From an uncultured virus (IMG/VR IMGVR_UViG_3300042363_000446) (lineage: Duplodnaviria; Heunggongvirae; Uroviricota; Caudoviricetes): a DNA stretch of 64,000 bases. Shown here in pieces: positions 36,717 to 49,800 of the stretch (position 1 is its first letter; every line of letters begins with the position of its first letter). A program made the position numbers and the translations under genes. A model generated the notes under the pieces. That model was not told the DNA's origin. It did no database searches and was given only the letters and a program-made list of their open reading frames with translations. Location: IMG/VR virus record IMGVR_UViG_3300042363_000446; one strand, given 5' to 3'.

Positions 36717-37513
36717 TTTATTAACTCCATAAAGTCTTCTTTTACCATTACATGAAAGTCCATATCTTTGATTGTAATATATTCTTTTCTTATTTTACCG
36801 CGTTGCCAGTTATCATACATTATAGTAAACTCAGTATCTAAAAACTCATTAGAATTTTTAGATATAGGAGTATTCTTTCCTACATGCATCAAGCTCCATG
36901 GAATAATATTATCTTGCTGTAAGATATGTCCATTTACTAAACGCAATGCTAATGTAAGAGCATAATCATTTCTGAATGTAGTTGAAATGAAACCGTGTAT
37001 GTTAGCATAATGTTCAAAGTTATGTTGAACCATTTTTAACGATTCAAATATTTGTTCCGACTTTGTTGTCTTTTTAAACATAACAGCAGTAGCCCAAAGA
37101 GTTTCAAAACTAAAAGGACTTAGCATTTCTTGAGGTAAGTTTGGTTGCATAAAAAACTCTGTATGATCATGACAACAAAAGTCTTTAGAAAAATCAAAAG
37201 TCTTTAATAGCTTATCAGAGTTAACCATATAATCCGTGTCTAGCAAAAGTGTTTCATCATAGGGACTAAACTCATATGCTTTATATCTACCCTTGTTAAT
37301 CCACTGACCCCAATCTCGTTTATTATTTTTATCGGGCACAGTAATAATAGTTTTATCAAATTGATAATCAGATTCACGAACGGAATCTTTATCAGTAACT
37401 ACTGTAACAGGTAAGTTTAAAAAATGATTGATACGTTTAGCAGTAGCAACTGCCATTTTGTAATAATCATACTTGTCAGAGTTGAACGCGAAAAGAATAG
37501 CACCACGAGTCAT
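36713..37513 (-). CDS. GT8-like glycosyltransferase
   Basis: SPYDETLLLDTD (DxD), FRNDYA. Confidence 0.72.
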   Translation of the reverse strand: MTRGAILFAFNSDKYDYYKMAVATAKRINHFLNLPVTVVTDKDSVRESDYQFDKTIITVPDKNNKRDWGQWINKGRYKAYEFSPYDETLLLDTDYMVNSDKLLKTFDFSKDFCCHDHTEFFMQPNLPQEMLSPFSFETLWATAVMFKKTTKSEQIFESLKMVQHNFEHYANIHGFISTTFRNDYALTLALRLVNGHILQQDNIIPWSLMHVGKNTPISKNSNEFLDTEFTIMYDNWQRGKIRKEYITIKDMDFHVMVKEDFMELIK

Positions 37514-37818
37514 CGCTTAGATTCTAACTCCTGCCATTCTTGATACCATTCAAATGTTACTGTTAAATAAACTTCTTTTAATTTTTTCAATAGTTCTTCT
37601 CTTTCTACCCGTAACGGATTTCCAAAAGTGTCTATTAAAATTAGATTTTTTAAACCGGAAAAAGAATTTAGTGTAGAAATCGTTTGTTGATCTGCTTTCC
37701 AAAGTCCACCTTGATCTGCTACAATAAGTTTAGCTTCGTATTTTTCTTTAAGGTATGCTTTGGCTGAGTTGTGTGCGAAACGTGCTTTTACATCTGAAAT
37801 TAACGTATCAGTATTCAT
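37510..37818 (-). CDS. hypothetical protein, first gene of the glycan operon
   Basis: SD AGGAG; late promoter CTAAATA at 37837-37843. Confidence 0.7.
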   Translation of the reverse strand: MNTDTLISDVKARFAHNSAKAYLKEKYEAKLIVADQGGLWKADQQTISTLNSFSGLKNLILIDTFGNPLRVEREELLKKLKEVYLTVTFEWYQEWQELESKR

Positions 37819-37869
37819 CTTGTGTTCTCCTACGAGTATTTAGATGAATACTGATCGTGTGTTAAATTA

Positions 37870-38823
37870 TTATGATCCTGTTACTGATCCTGCTAACGTA
37901 ATGGTTCCCCAAGTATTAGCGATATTAGTTACTTCAGGTGGGGTAACAGTTAGTGTAGTAGTAGAACCTGTACCTACTACTAAACCATCAGGAACTTCGT
38001 CCCAAACAGTGCTAATTGTAATGACAGAGCCGGCATCACCGTTTGATCCCTGTGTTCCGTTTGATTGTACGATAAAGCGAATAAAAGAACTTAAATAACC
38101 TGAAGGACCGGTAGATGCGGTTTGAGTAAAGACGTTAGCGTTTGAAGTAGTTAACGCATAGTACCCGTTATTCGGTGAAATAGTAGGTGAGCTTCCACCT
38201 CCGCCGACTTTTTGGATGCCATTAAAATTTGTTCCTGCAATGTTTGCAGTACCCGAACTAGGAGCACTTAACACTACAGTACCTACGTTAGAAGCCAAGT
38301 TATTGAACAATAAGTTAATACCTGCTGTGTTATCAGCATGTGATACAGTCATTTTTAACTGACCACCCGAGTTAAAAAAGAATCTAGCAGCGTCCCCATT
38401 TGCAAACGTAGCAGTGTGAGTAAATGTTAATGCAGTAGACCAAGTAGTACCTCTTGTCACAGCATTTGAAGTAGTACCTGACTGAGTAGCAGCGTTTAAT
38501 CTGTTTGTATAGATTGTTTGTAAGTTAGTAGGAACAGCAGATAAGAAAGTTACAGTTGCTCCGGCTGTAGGAGCAGTAACACTGGTTATAGAAGACCCCT
38601 GGTGTGTTGCTACGTTAGCAGTGTTTGTTACAAGTGAATTCCAACTACTTGCGGCTACAGTATTACCAGCAGTAACGTTAGCTACAGCAGTTTGTCCATA
38701 ACCTGCAGTTCCGCTACCAGTAGCCCAAGTTGCATTTAGCGTATTAGCAGTTGCAGTTGGATTACCACCTACTAATGCGTTAAAGTCTGTTGCTTCTATT
38801 AATCCAAATTGTGCGTAACTCAT
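37870..38823 (-). CDS. virion structural protein (Thr/Gly/Ser-rich, tail-associated)
   Basis: composition; ARFFFNSGGQL motif; position next to the fibre gene. Confidence 0.7.
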   Translation of the reverse strand: MSYAQFGLIEATDFNALVGGNPTATANTLNATWATGSGTAGYGQTAVANVTAGNTVAASSWNSLVTNTANVATHQGSSITSVTAPTAGATVTFLSAVPTNLQTIYTNRLNAATQSGTTSNAVTRGTTWSTALTFTHTATFANGDAARFFFNSGGQLKMTVSHADNTAGINLLFNNLASNVGTVVLSAPSSGTANIAGTNFNGIQKVGGGGSSPTISPNNGYYALTTSNANVFTQTASTGPSGYLSSFIRFIVQSNGTQGSNGDAGSVITISTVWDEVPDGLVVGTGSTTTLTVTPPEVTNIANTWGTITLAGSVTGS

Positions 38824-38836
38824 TTGTTATTCCCTA

Positions 38837-40051
38837 TTATCGTATCATTACGATAGCTTCTACCGTACCTAAATCATCCGTATTCTTATCTGCTAATGCT
38901 CTACCTATCGTATTAAACGCAGTAGCTTCACCAGGTAATGCAGCCCTAGCAATACCATTGCCGGCACTTACTAAACGCTGTCCTTTCTTGATTATCCCTG
39001 TAACTTTAACGTCTACTCTACCAGACACTGCGATAGGAGGATGAGAGTTATCATTTCCTGCACCTGCATTCATAAGATAAGCCGCAGTATTAGATACTAC
39101 TCCAAATACATCTTCAGAAAGTTCATATTTAACCGCAGTAATTTCTTGTGTTCCGCCGATTTCTACTACTGTACCTGCATCATAAATATCATCCGCAGAA
39201 AAACGTTCTGCTAAGTCAGCATATGTAGCATTTAGTCTAGAACCAGCAGATAAAGTCCAGTTACCTGTTACTGTTCCGGGAGTTGTATTTGCTCCTGTTG
39301 TTAGAACAGTTGCAGTAGTTTGTACAGTTAATATATTTCCGCCATATGTAGGTAAATAAGCTGCTACGTTAGCGTTAGCGTAAGAACCTGCAAACGAAAT
39401 AATGTCACCGTTAGCATACATATACTTGTCGGTTTTTATGCCAAAGATATTAGAACCTGACGAGTTGCTTATAAACAAGTTTCCGTTTAATACAAGAGCA
39501 TTACCGCTGGCTGAACCATTAACTGTCCAAGTACCGGTTAGTGTACCCGGAGTAGAGGTTGCTCCTGTTGTTATTACAGTAGTTTGAAGTGTGCCAATAT
39601 TAGCAGTAGTTATATTTGCATCTGCTATATTTGCGTTTGCTGAAATAGTTAAATATCCAGCAGAAAAAGCATTAGCAGAAATTGTATTAACTGCTGTAAT
39701 ATTATTTGCTGTTACGTTACCGGTAACTGTAACTGCACCGAAAGTTGTATTACCACCGCTTGCAGTAGCAGTCAATGCTAACCAAGCAAGAGCATTTGCT
39801 TCACCGTCTGTAGGACATACATAAAGAGTACTGTTATTAGTGCTATACCAAAGTTGCCCTCTTAGAGGGTTTGGAGGAGGAGTAGTATCTGCAAAATTTT
39901 CAGTAACATGAACAAAATTTGTATCTTGAGATTGTCCATATCCTGCATAGTTTCTACCAGGCAGTGCTAGTGAAGTACTCGTAGTGTTGATAGTTCCATC
40001 AGCAATGGTTGTTAATACAGTACCATCTGATTTTACAATTGTATATGCCAT
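38837..40051 (-). CDS. tail fibre protein with C-terminal intramolecular-chaperone/autoproteolytic domain
   Basis: GRNYAGYG...NF...ENFA...P.NP..GQLWY N-terminus; YADLAE...GTVV...GVVS...AYLMN...GRV.VKV C-terminus. Confidence 0.8.
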   Translation of the reverse strand: MAYTIVKSDGTVLTTIADGTINTTSTSLALPGRNYAGYGQSQDTNFVHVTENFADTTPPPNPLRGQLWYSTNNSTLYVCPTDGEANALAWLALTATASGGNTTFGAVTVTGNVTANNITAVNTISANAFSAGYLTISANANIADANITTANIGTLQTTVITTGATSTPGTLTGTWTVNGSASGNALVLNGNLFISNSSGSNIFGIKTDKYMYANGDIISFAGSYANANVAAYLPTYGGNILTVQTTATVLTTGANTTPGTVTGNWTLSAGSRLNATYADLAERFSADDIYDAGTVVEIGGTQEITAVKYELSEDVFGVVSNTAAYLMNAGAGNDNSHPPIAVSGRVDVKVTGIIKKGQRLVSAGNGIARAALPGEATAFNTIGRALADKNTDDLGTVEAIVMIR

Positions 40052-40085
40052 AATCTTATATAACTCCGCTTATTCTTTATTTATC

Positions 40086-40706
40086 TTAGATAGTAACCAT
40101 ATTAGTCAAAGACTGTATACGAACCGTATAATCTATCTGAATCTGTCTGTTTAGTGATTTTTGTACTGGGTGAAAAATAACGTGTGTTAATAATCTAGTT
40201 ATAACATCTCCATTACTATCCGTACCGTAATTAGCCAGCAAACCCAACTCATCAAAAACATAACTAGAATCAGTTTGTGTACTATTATCAAACGCTGCTT
40301 GACCGGCTGGTTCACCATAATCTAACAAGCATTGAACTAAAATGTCTGTATAAACTTTTCCCGTAGTATGAAAAACCGTCATCTTATTTCTAGTTGGGTC
40401 TAAGTTAAACACACTAGTATCATCTACTATTTTTGCATAAGTTTGATTATAAAGTGCTGCATTTTGTCCAGTAACATTAGGAGGTAAATAAGTAATTACT
40501 CCAGTAGAGTCTACTGATGCCCCTCCATTACCAAATGCCATTTGATAAATTTCTCCATAGCCTCTGCTGCTAAGTGTATCGGCAATAGCTTCAGACATGG
40601 TTTCGTAGTTAATAGCGTTATGTTTGTCAACAAATACTTCCCCGTTATTGGGGTCGTAAACCTTTAAAAAGCCTTCTACTTTATACGATAAAGTAATGAT
40701 AGACAT
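40086..40706 (-). CDS. baseplate/tail-fibre attachment protein
   Basis: HNAI...MAFGNGG...FDELGL...THVIFHPVQKS.NR...YTVRI; late structural context. Confidence 0.7.
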   Translation of the reverse strand: MSIITLSYKVEGFLKVYDPNNGEVFVDKHNAINYETMSEAIADTLSSRGYGEIYQMAFGNGGASVDSTGVITYLPPNVTGQNAALYNQTYAKIVDDTSVFNLDPTRNKMTVFHTTGKVYTDILVQCLLDYGEPAGQAAFDNSTQTDSSYVFDELGLLANYGTDSNGDVITRLLTHVIFHPVQKSLNRQIQIDYTVRIQSLTNMVTI

Positions 40707-40861
40707 CAATTATCTCCTCTTTGCTGAACCATAACTTCTTTAGTATTTGGATCAAAAATTTTTATACTTGATGAAAAATAGAATCCGCCCACTTCATTTG
40801 GTTTTTTAGAAGATTCAGTTTCTTTTTTATTTGATTGTTCAAGTTCATTAAGTTCATTCAT
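40706..40861 (-). CDS. 51-aa small structural-region protein (not in the ORF track)
   Basis: MNELNELEQ...KPNEVGGFYFSSSIKIFDPNTKEVMVQQRGDN*; TGATG overlap; IKIFDPNTKEV resembles LKVYDPNNGEV of the next gene. Confidence 0.7.
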   Translation of the reverse strand: MNELNELEQSNKKETESSKKPNEVGGFYFSSSIKIFDPNTKEVMVQQRGDN

Positions 40862-40875
40862 GTCTTTATTTATCA

Positions 40876-43800
40876 TTATAAAATATCCGTATTTAAGAAT
40901 TCAGCAGACACAGTTTCACTTATCTGTAATGGATCACCGTCGACTGTATTAAATATTGCGTCATCTATTGGGTTCCAAGTTTGGTTATAATAAACATCTG
41001 ACAGTCTATTCTTTGATAATAACCCAAAAACTTCAGTATAAGTTAGTATCAGTGATTGCTTTCCTGTTCCATTAACTCCTCGTTCTAAGTTACTTAATGT
41101 GTTGTTAGTTAAATCTACTGATCCAAATCTGATTTGCTCACCGTTTACATAAATCAAATTACCTTCTAAAGTAGTAATTGTTAATTGATTTCCTACATTA
41201 ATGTAACTACCTGCTGTTATTTTTAATATCGGTGATAACTCTTCTATCACAACTCGGTAATTATCGCTAGAAATAAACTCGTTTGTGCTATTGTTGTATA
41301 CTGTAACGTTAGTAATTAATCTCTTATCTGCTGTTAACCCAAAGTTGTAATTACCAGAAACTGCTGCAGGAGTGGTCACTGACTGAACAATAGTATTGGT
41401 TAAGCGAGTAACGTCATCTACATAAATTACAGTACTCAAGTCATAGATAGGTTGTGTTAACCAAGTTCTAGTACCGGTATTTGCTCTGTACACACTTGCT
41501 TCATTAATAGTATCAACAAAGTTCAAATATATTTCTTCATCAGGAGTAGCATATGGCATCATACTTGTTATGATTACTACGTCACTTGAATCTATAGAAG
41601 TTAATATACTTAAATTATTATCAGCATTTAATCTCAGGCTAGTAGAAGGTACACGTTCACCATTTACTGTTACCCATAAACGATCAGTATTTACGTGTTC
41701 CCACTGAGTTACATTCATTGACCCTGAATCATTACTAAGAGCTACTGAACTTCCACCTCGTGTAGCAGAAACAGTAAACTGTGTTGCACTAACTATCGCA
41801 CGTATATAGTATGTTGTTCCCGCTACTAAACCATCTAGTACAGAACCGGTAAATATTACCGGCGTATTTACTACTAACTGACTAGTAGAAGTTACTGTAA
41901 TCAAGTTAGTTGATGTAGTTGTAGCGGTAGCAATTTGAGTTACTAAGTAATAAGAATCTACTAACCAAACATATCCTTCACCTGTATAAGAAGAAATAGT
42001 AGTAATCGGGTAGTTTACAGCACCGAATGCAGGATTATAACCTGCATATCCTGGAATCCCTGATTCGTATAAATCAAATGTTGTTGAATCAATTATCTTA
42101 GCATAGTAAGTATTGTTATTAAGTTGGATTGATCCTAACGTACCATCTATTCTTACTAAGTCATTTTCACTTAGTCCGTTAGCCGCAGCAGTTGTTACTC
42201 TAACAGCAGGTTTTCCGCCTACTGTAACTTGTATAGTACCTGTACCTAGTGTGGTTACTATTTGAGTTCCGTTTTCGTTTTTGATAGTAAACACAGTGCT
42301 ACTTACAATACTATCAACAAAGTACACAGTTCCGTCAGTTGCTATCCCGCCAAACGAAATACCTTTAAATTCTACAGTAGCGTTGAGTACAAATCCTGAA
42401 GTGCTGTCTACTGTTATTTCATTAGGTACGCCCGCAGTAGTAGCAGTAGCACGAGTAACAGCTAGTGGTAATGTTATTTCATTAGATATACTTTGAATAG
42501 CGTTTACTACCGGTGCAGTTGAGATTCCGTCACCTATAACCTGAGTATTCAAATACTGCTGTTGAGTATCATTAAACGTAGTAACTGCTATAGTACTACC
42601 ATTAGTAGGTGCTGAGTTAAATATAATTTCATCTAAAGCAGGATCTATAGTATAATCACCTAATGGTGACAATCTAATACCGTCAACTTCTACAATAGCA
42701 TTACCAGGATTATCACCGCCTACAAAGTTGTTTAGCGCAAATGTATCTTCTATACCATCTCCAGAAAGTATTTGTGTTTCTGGTAGCGTGTATCCATATT
42801 GTGCCGGGAATGTTTCTCCAAATATTGTATATGACAGATAATCAGTAGAGTTGTCGTACGGAGCAGCAAATACTAATTTAGCTGAAATTCCATTGCTTGC
42901 TAATCCTATAGCATAGTCGTTTGTTATGTACATTGATCTACCACTTGCATTACCCAATACTTTTACAGAACCGCTTGGTGTTTCAGAAATAGTAAACTCG
43001 TTGCTATCTATGATAGTTTTTATATAGTATGTAGTAAGAGGATCAATATTGCTTCCTGTAAATATACCCTCACCAAACGTTACGGGAGAGTTAGCTATTA
43101 ATCCATTTGTAGATACAGTTACCACTGCGTTGTTGCTTGACTTAGTTTTAACAGCAGTATTAGTATTACCTATTACTAATTTAGTTCCATTATAAGTGAC
43201 AATAGGATCTGTCCAAACCAAACCACTACCTATTTCAATGTTTACTAACATTAATCCAGTAGCATCAGTTAACACATATATAGAACCTGCAACTCCGGTT
43301 ATTCCGTTAATGCTATCAGAAATAGTAATAGTATTAGTTGCGGGACTAATAGATTTTACATAATACTGCTGATCTTCTACAATATTGCCAAATACTACTC
43401 CTTGGAATCTAATAGGTTCATTTATAACAAACTGTTGAACACTGTCACACAATATTCTGTTAGTCACGGATTCAGTAGCAGTAGCAAATACTTCTACTGA
43501 ATATGTTTCAGGGCGTATTACACCACTGCCAGAATATATAACACCTGAATAATTGCAGTTTAGATAAATTTCATTAAAGCCAGTATCAGTATTAAGTCTG
43601 ATAGGATCAGTCTTAGAATTAGATTTAACTAGTTGATCACCGTTACCTGTTTCGTATACATCAATTCGTAGAGTATCACTAACAGGGGTAAATGCGATAG
43701 ATGTAGTTAATGTAATTATATTGTTTATCCAGTCAATTGCATAATCAGTACCTTCATAAATCGTAGTAGACAATCCAGTAGTACCATTGATCACAGCTAC

Positions 43801-46800
43801 AAATATTTCAGTTGGGTACTGAGCAGCACCATCAAAGCTATACACTGTTTGAGTTGACGATACTGGATTTAGTTCTAAAGATACTATATTATAACCAGTG
43901 TGAGCATATTCAGTAGCAGGCCAGTTTGTTCCAGGACGTGTGTTTACTGTCATTGCAAGATTGTCAGTTACCATACCTGCAACCAATTCTTCAGGAGCGT
44001 AACCTGCTGTAAATGCATCACCTTGAATATCATAGATTGGAGGAGCTACCACAAACAGTGTTGATACTGTCCAAGTAACACCATAATCATCAGTTAACAA
44101 TACAGTGTCATTTTCTCCTACTGCAATAAACGAACCGGTTTCTTTATGAGAAATTCCTTTTAATTTTTCTGTAGTACCTGAGGCAACCGTAGTCCAAGTA
44201 ATTGCATTAGTAGATGTTCTAATTGTTCCTGTGTCACCTACCGCAATAAACACTCCATCACCGTATACTACATCATTCAGTGTTGCAGTAGTAGGATATG
44301 AATACATTCTAGTTCTAAACGGAATGCTTCCATCAGTAAGATTTAGAACTGTGCCGCCTAAGCTTGTAGATATTTCAACTTGAGTTGAAGATACGATAGT
44401 TTTTATATAATAACTAATTCCAGCAGTAATAGAACTAAAACTATCAGTGAATCTAATCACATCGTTTACAGCAAATCCAGCAGTGTTAGTTAAAATTAAT
44501 TGTTCAGTAGCAGAGTTTACACTTAGTACTGTTACTTCATTTACGCCCAACCAACTTGCACCGTTTTCGCTGTAATATATAACACCATTTTCACCAACTG
44601 CTACGATATTGTTTCCGTTAGCGGCAACGCCATTAAATCCATTAGGTGTGCTTGTGTTTACACCAGCTGATGGGATAAAGTTTACACCGGTCCAATTTAT
44701 TCCGTTTGCGCTGTAGTATATTAAATTAGTATCTACTATTTGAGTTAACCCAGTAGAATATTCAGGTACTTCACCTTTACCTACTGCAACAAATCCAGTA
44801 AATGCAGCAACGTTTACTGCACTAACTCCGTATAGTGTATTATCATACTCAGTAAACGCTAATCGTTGAGTCCAATCGTAAGTGTCGCTACTTGAAACAA
44901 TACCTTCTCCTACTGCAACGAAAAGATTGTTTCTGTAAGCTACTGACTGTAATGATAGCGCAGCAATGCTTATTGGTTGAGGGCCTATTTCACTTGTAAC
45001 AGTGCCTGTTGTAGTCCACACTATCCCGTCGTTACTTCTAAGTATAGGAGTAGCCGAGTTAGTGGAAGACATAACATATATGTTATTAGCTTGTATGATA
45101 TCAGTTAATCCTATACCCGCATTAGTAAGTTTAGCAACTGCCCAAGATTCGCCGGTTTCGCTGCCTAACACCGCAGAATAGTTTGGTGCACTAGCAGCAG
45201 CCAAATAATTAGTACCGTTCCAAACTACAGACGCAACATCAATATCAGTTGGATAAAACGCTTGTGTCTGTAAAATAGTATCTAGTTCGTACTGCTGGGC
45301 AGGAGCAAAAGGATTGCCTAAATATGTACTATTAGGATAAGTAACTCCCTCAAACAACTGAGTTAAGTCAACACCCGGCATATTCACAGTAGGCTGATAA
45401 TATCCTACTACTCGGTCCATAGCGTTAAGTCTGCGGTCACCTGAATCTAGTAATTCCCACTTACCAAATATAAAGTCGTCATCATTATTACTTACAACAC
45501 ACACATATACTCTGTTGTTAAATTTAACAATAGACTGATTAAAGTAGAATGGTTCCGGCAATAATGCAAAACTGCCTGCTTTAGTCATTGACATTGAGCC
45601 GGTAGTATCAGTAGTAAAGTTAATAACTGATCCGCCGGGTTCAGTAGTCAGTCTTACAGTAGTTGCTGTTGGCTTATCAACGATGTAATATGTTTGTCCT
45701 AATGTAATTTGTGATGAGAAAATAGTGCCCGTAAATACAACAGGATCATTTACGCTAAAGTTAGCTGAACTTGTAACCGTTACTCTATCATTTGATGCTG
45801 TAATGTTTGTTGCAGTTGTAGTAGTGAATCCTACAAAATCAAATCCAATTCCGGTTACCGGTACAGTCATTAAAGGATTAGAGTAAACTTCAAACTGATT
45901 TGGAGATATTACTTTTAAGTAATATTGATCAGATGTTCCTGCTACTATACCTGAACAAATTACATCAATGATTCCTCCGTCAGTCTCATCTATAGTGTTT
46001 ACCGTTAAAGTTAAATTATTAGCAGGTGTTGCTCCGCCGATATCAGCACCCGGTATAACGATAGTGTTATTAACCGCGTAACCTTCTCCTGCTGTACTTA
46101 CTAATGCTCTATATCCGCCTAATATATAGCTTACATCAAATATTGCATCAATTATGATTTCTTGAGTCATATCAAAATCACTTACTGTGTTAGATAAAGT
46201 TACATCGGATCCACCGCTACTAGCGGATACTGTTATATACTCTTCTCCAGTTCCTAACATTGATCCTGAATCATTTGTAAGTATTTTTACACTTCCTCCG
46301 TCAGTATCAGATATAGTGAATCTAATTCCATCAATATTGATACTTTCTACAAAATATTCTACTCCTATTGTAATACCACCTAGTCCTTGACCTGAGAATA
46401 TGATAGGCATGCCTACATATAATGACTCAGTAGTATCACAGGTTATTAAATTACTTGATGATGTACTAATAGCATCTATTTCTACTATACCGTAATCAGT
46501 TATGTAATATGTAGTTGCTGCTGTTAGTCCGCCTATAGTAGTATCAAATTGTACTGGCATATTAACATAAAAATCGTCGGTGTTTCCAGTAGATGAGTCA
46601 ATAGTAATTCTATCTAAAGTAGCTATTGTAGCCGTCATTGTTCTTTCAATTAACGAACTGTTTGTTCCAGAAACGTTTGGATATTGTTCAGACGTACTAT
46701 ACAAAGTAAACAGCTGACCATTTACTTGTCCAGGGCTTACTGGTAAAGATACATTCATTGTCATAGAACCGGTTGCAGTAGACAATGTTAATGTGTTAGC

Positions 46801-49800
46801 TTGACTGGTTAACAGCATACTACCTGCACCGTTAGATAATACAAACACACCACCGTTAATCAAAGTAGAAATAGTCATTTGTGTTGTGTTAACTATTTCA
46901 CTTACATAATATGTTGTGCCGGCAATAATGTTACCAAATGTAGTTCCAGTAAATATAATAGGATCGTTAACACTAAAATCATCAGTTGAAGAAACAGTTA
47001 CTCTATTATTAGATGCAGTGGTTGCAGTTGCAGTAGTTGATAATGGATCTTGTGTTTCTGAAATAGTAAACGTTTGACTATTAATAACAGTTGTTATGTA
47101 ATATACGTCATTTTCAATTACCCCACCAAACACAGGCTCAGTTACACTATACTTAGTAAAGAATACAGGCAAGTTAGTATAAAATCCTTCAGTTCCTCCT
47201 GTACCTATTAAACTCATAGGAACAGTTAACGCATTAGTACCTGCTTGGGTAGCTGTTACTTCAAGTATGCCGGGATAGTTAACAGTTAATACAGCAGTAT
47301 CTACTACTTCGCCTGCTAAACATTTTAATCCAGCTGCAGGAATAGTTGCGTTAGTTAAAGTTACTGTGCCGCCACCTTCGGTTAATGATACAGTAAAGTC
47401 TGTATCATTAATAATTGTTTTAACATAATAAGTAATATTTTCTTGTAATCCACCAGCAACCGCACCAACAAACTTAACAGGCATGCCTTCATAGAAACCT
47501 ATTGTTGATCCTGAAGCATTTGGATTAGCAGAACCATCATCTAGAGGTATCAATCTAATTGCATTAGTAGCTAATATCGTGTTGCCTACGTTACGTTCTA
47601 ATGAAGACCAAGTTAGCTGTCTATCATTGTCAACATCTGTGATTTCAAACGCAACACCTTGAGCACTTGCTAATACTGATGAGATAGGAGGTAATACACT
47701 TTCTAATTGCATTGACGAGCTAGAAACACTTTCGCTATTAAAATAACTACCAGCAAAGAATGATCCGTAATATGTGCCTGCTCTCCAATCTTGTACTTGT
47801 GAAGTATAAGTTGTTCTATCAAATCTTAGTGTGATATTATTTTCTCTAATAGGAGACGCAGAAGTGATCGCAGAGGCTTTTGCTCCTAAACTAATAGTTA
47901 ACTGATCATCTGTTCCGATATCAGATATTTGTATTCTGTTTGTATCATTTATAGCGTCACTGTAGTTAGAGTAAAACGCAACTATAGCAGTTGGTGTTGT
48001 TTCTAATACATTGATATAGTACCATTGATTATTAGCTAAACGACCGACCCCAGCATCACTTTGTTTAAACAGTACTAAGTCTCCGGTAGCTAAGTTAGGA
48101 CCATAAACTCTTATTGTGTGTAATGTTGAGTTAATATCAGCATTAGTAAATGATATTACTACTGAAGGATCTATTCTAATTTCAGGAAGAACCATATATC
48201 CCTGACCAGGATCTATTACGTTAATACTTAAAACTGAATCTAAACTCATTACTGCTTCAAATACTGCTTCTGTAGTAGGAGCAGGATACAAATCAAGATC
48301 AACGTATGCAGTTACTCTAGGAGGATCAACATAACCTTTTCCTCCATTTAGAACAATTACTTCAGGTAAATCAATAAAGATTTTTTCATTAGGGAAATGT
48401 TGAGAAATAGCTGTTCCGTTTAGTCCTCTTTGTAGTCCTGAAACTAAGTTAAGTGCTCTGTCAACTGAAGAGTAAGCTATTTCTTCGTTACCTATTCTAA
48501 TTGTACCATTGATTGGGAATCCTTGAGCATTGTCTACAAACATAAACGATGAACCCAAAGTCATGTAAGAAACTAATGTAGTGATCTCATAATTACTTTC
48601 ACCGGTTAAGCTTACTCCCTTATTTTGAAACCATTGTGTGTATGGAGCAGTTTGCCAAATATCGTCAGTATCTACGTATTCATTATCTTGATTAGGATTA
48701 GAATATACTAATGAAGGAGTAATAAACTGATTTACTGATTTATCATACTGAGCAGGCAAATCAAAGTCTGTAATATTACCATCAAATGTGTCTATTCCTG
48801 TATACTTAAATACAAACTCTTTTACAACCACATGATAAGGTTTAACTTCGTTAATGTATCCTGCTAAAAAGTCTTGATTATCAGTTTGAAACACTTCTAT
48901 TGGTTTCAATTCTCTTATAGTATGAGCCACATCTACTAATGAAGTTTTGTTTAACCAAGGTAAATAGTTTTGAGATTCAGTACTTTCACTTTGAATGTAG
49001 TCAAATAATAATATCAATCCTTTGTTTCTAAACAACAATAATTCATCAATATAAATTTGTTCGTTCAATGCGCGAATGATATATCTAGTTTCTTCACTTG
49101 GATATTCATCATATGAACTAGTATCAAAGAAGTTATCACCAAATCCAAGTCTTGCTTCAGCATAATCCCAAAGAGTCAAGTTAAATTCAATAGTTCCATT
49201 TTCTAAACCGATACGAGTCCAAATGCTGTTTCCATCATATCTGTAAACTTCAAACTTACCGCTACCATTGTTTTCTACAGTAACAATAGTGTCTGTTGCT
49301 ACAGATAAGGTAGACAGATCGGCGTACAATGGAACTTGTATAGCTGACTTAGTGTTGTTGTCGTATCCAGTTGTCCACCAGTTAATATACTGCCAGTAGT
49401 CTGGTGTATTGTAAAATTCTCCTTGAGCAAACAATAAAGATATGTCAGGTCTAATTTCACTGATCGGATACTGAGCTAATACTTCATTAGCATATGTTAA
49501 GTAATTCTTTAATGCTAGGTAACGATTGTAAAAGAAACTTTGTCTTGGTCTAGCTAATACACCAGACTGAACTGCTTTTGGTAAGTACGGGTTAGGTACT
49601 ACGCTTCCTTCTTCATCTACTCCAGCCAAACTGTCTAACAGTCTATCATAAAGACCTATAGGTTCTGCGTTGCTTCCTAATTTAGGTAGTCCAGGTAAAA
49701 AGTCATCAGCAAAATCTTCTTTAATTAATGTATATTCTGAGTGTGCTTCATCATCATTTGTACCATTAGCATACCCTATATGGAATACGCTATCATTTGC

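Noticed and set aside
22186..37513. Bacterial capsule/LPS locus (cellular contig or prophage flank)
   Set aside because: No transport/polymerase genes; bounded by phage late promoters and contiguous with baseplate genes
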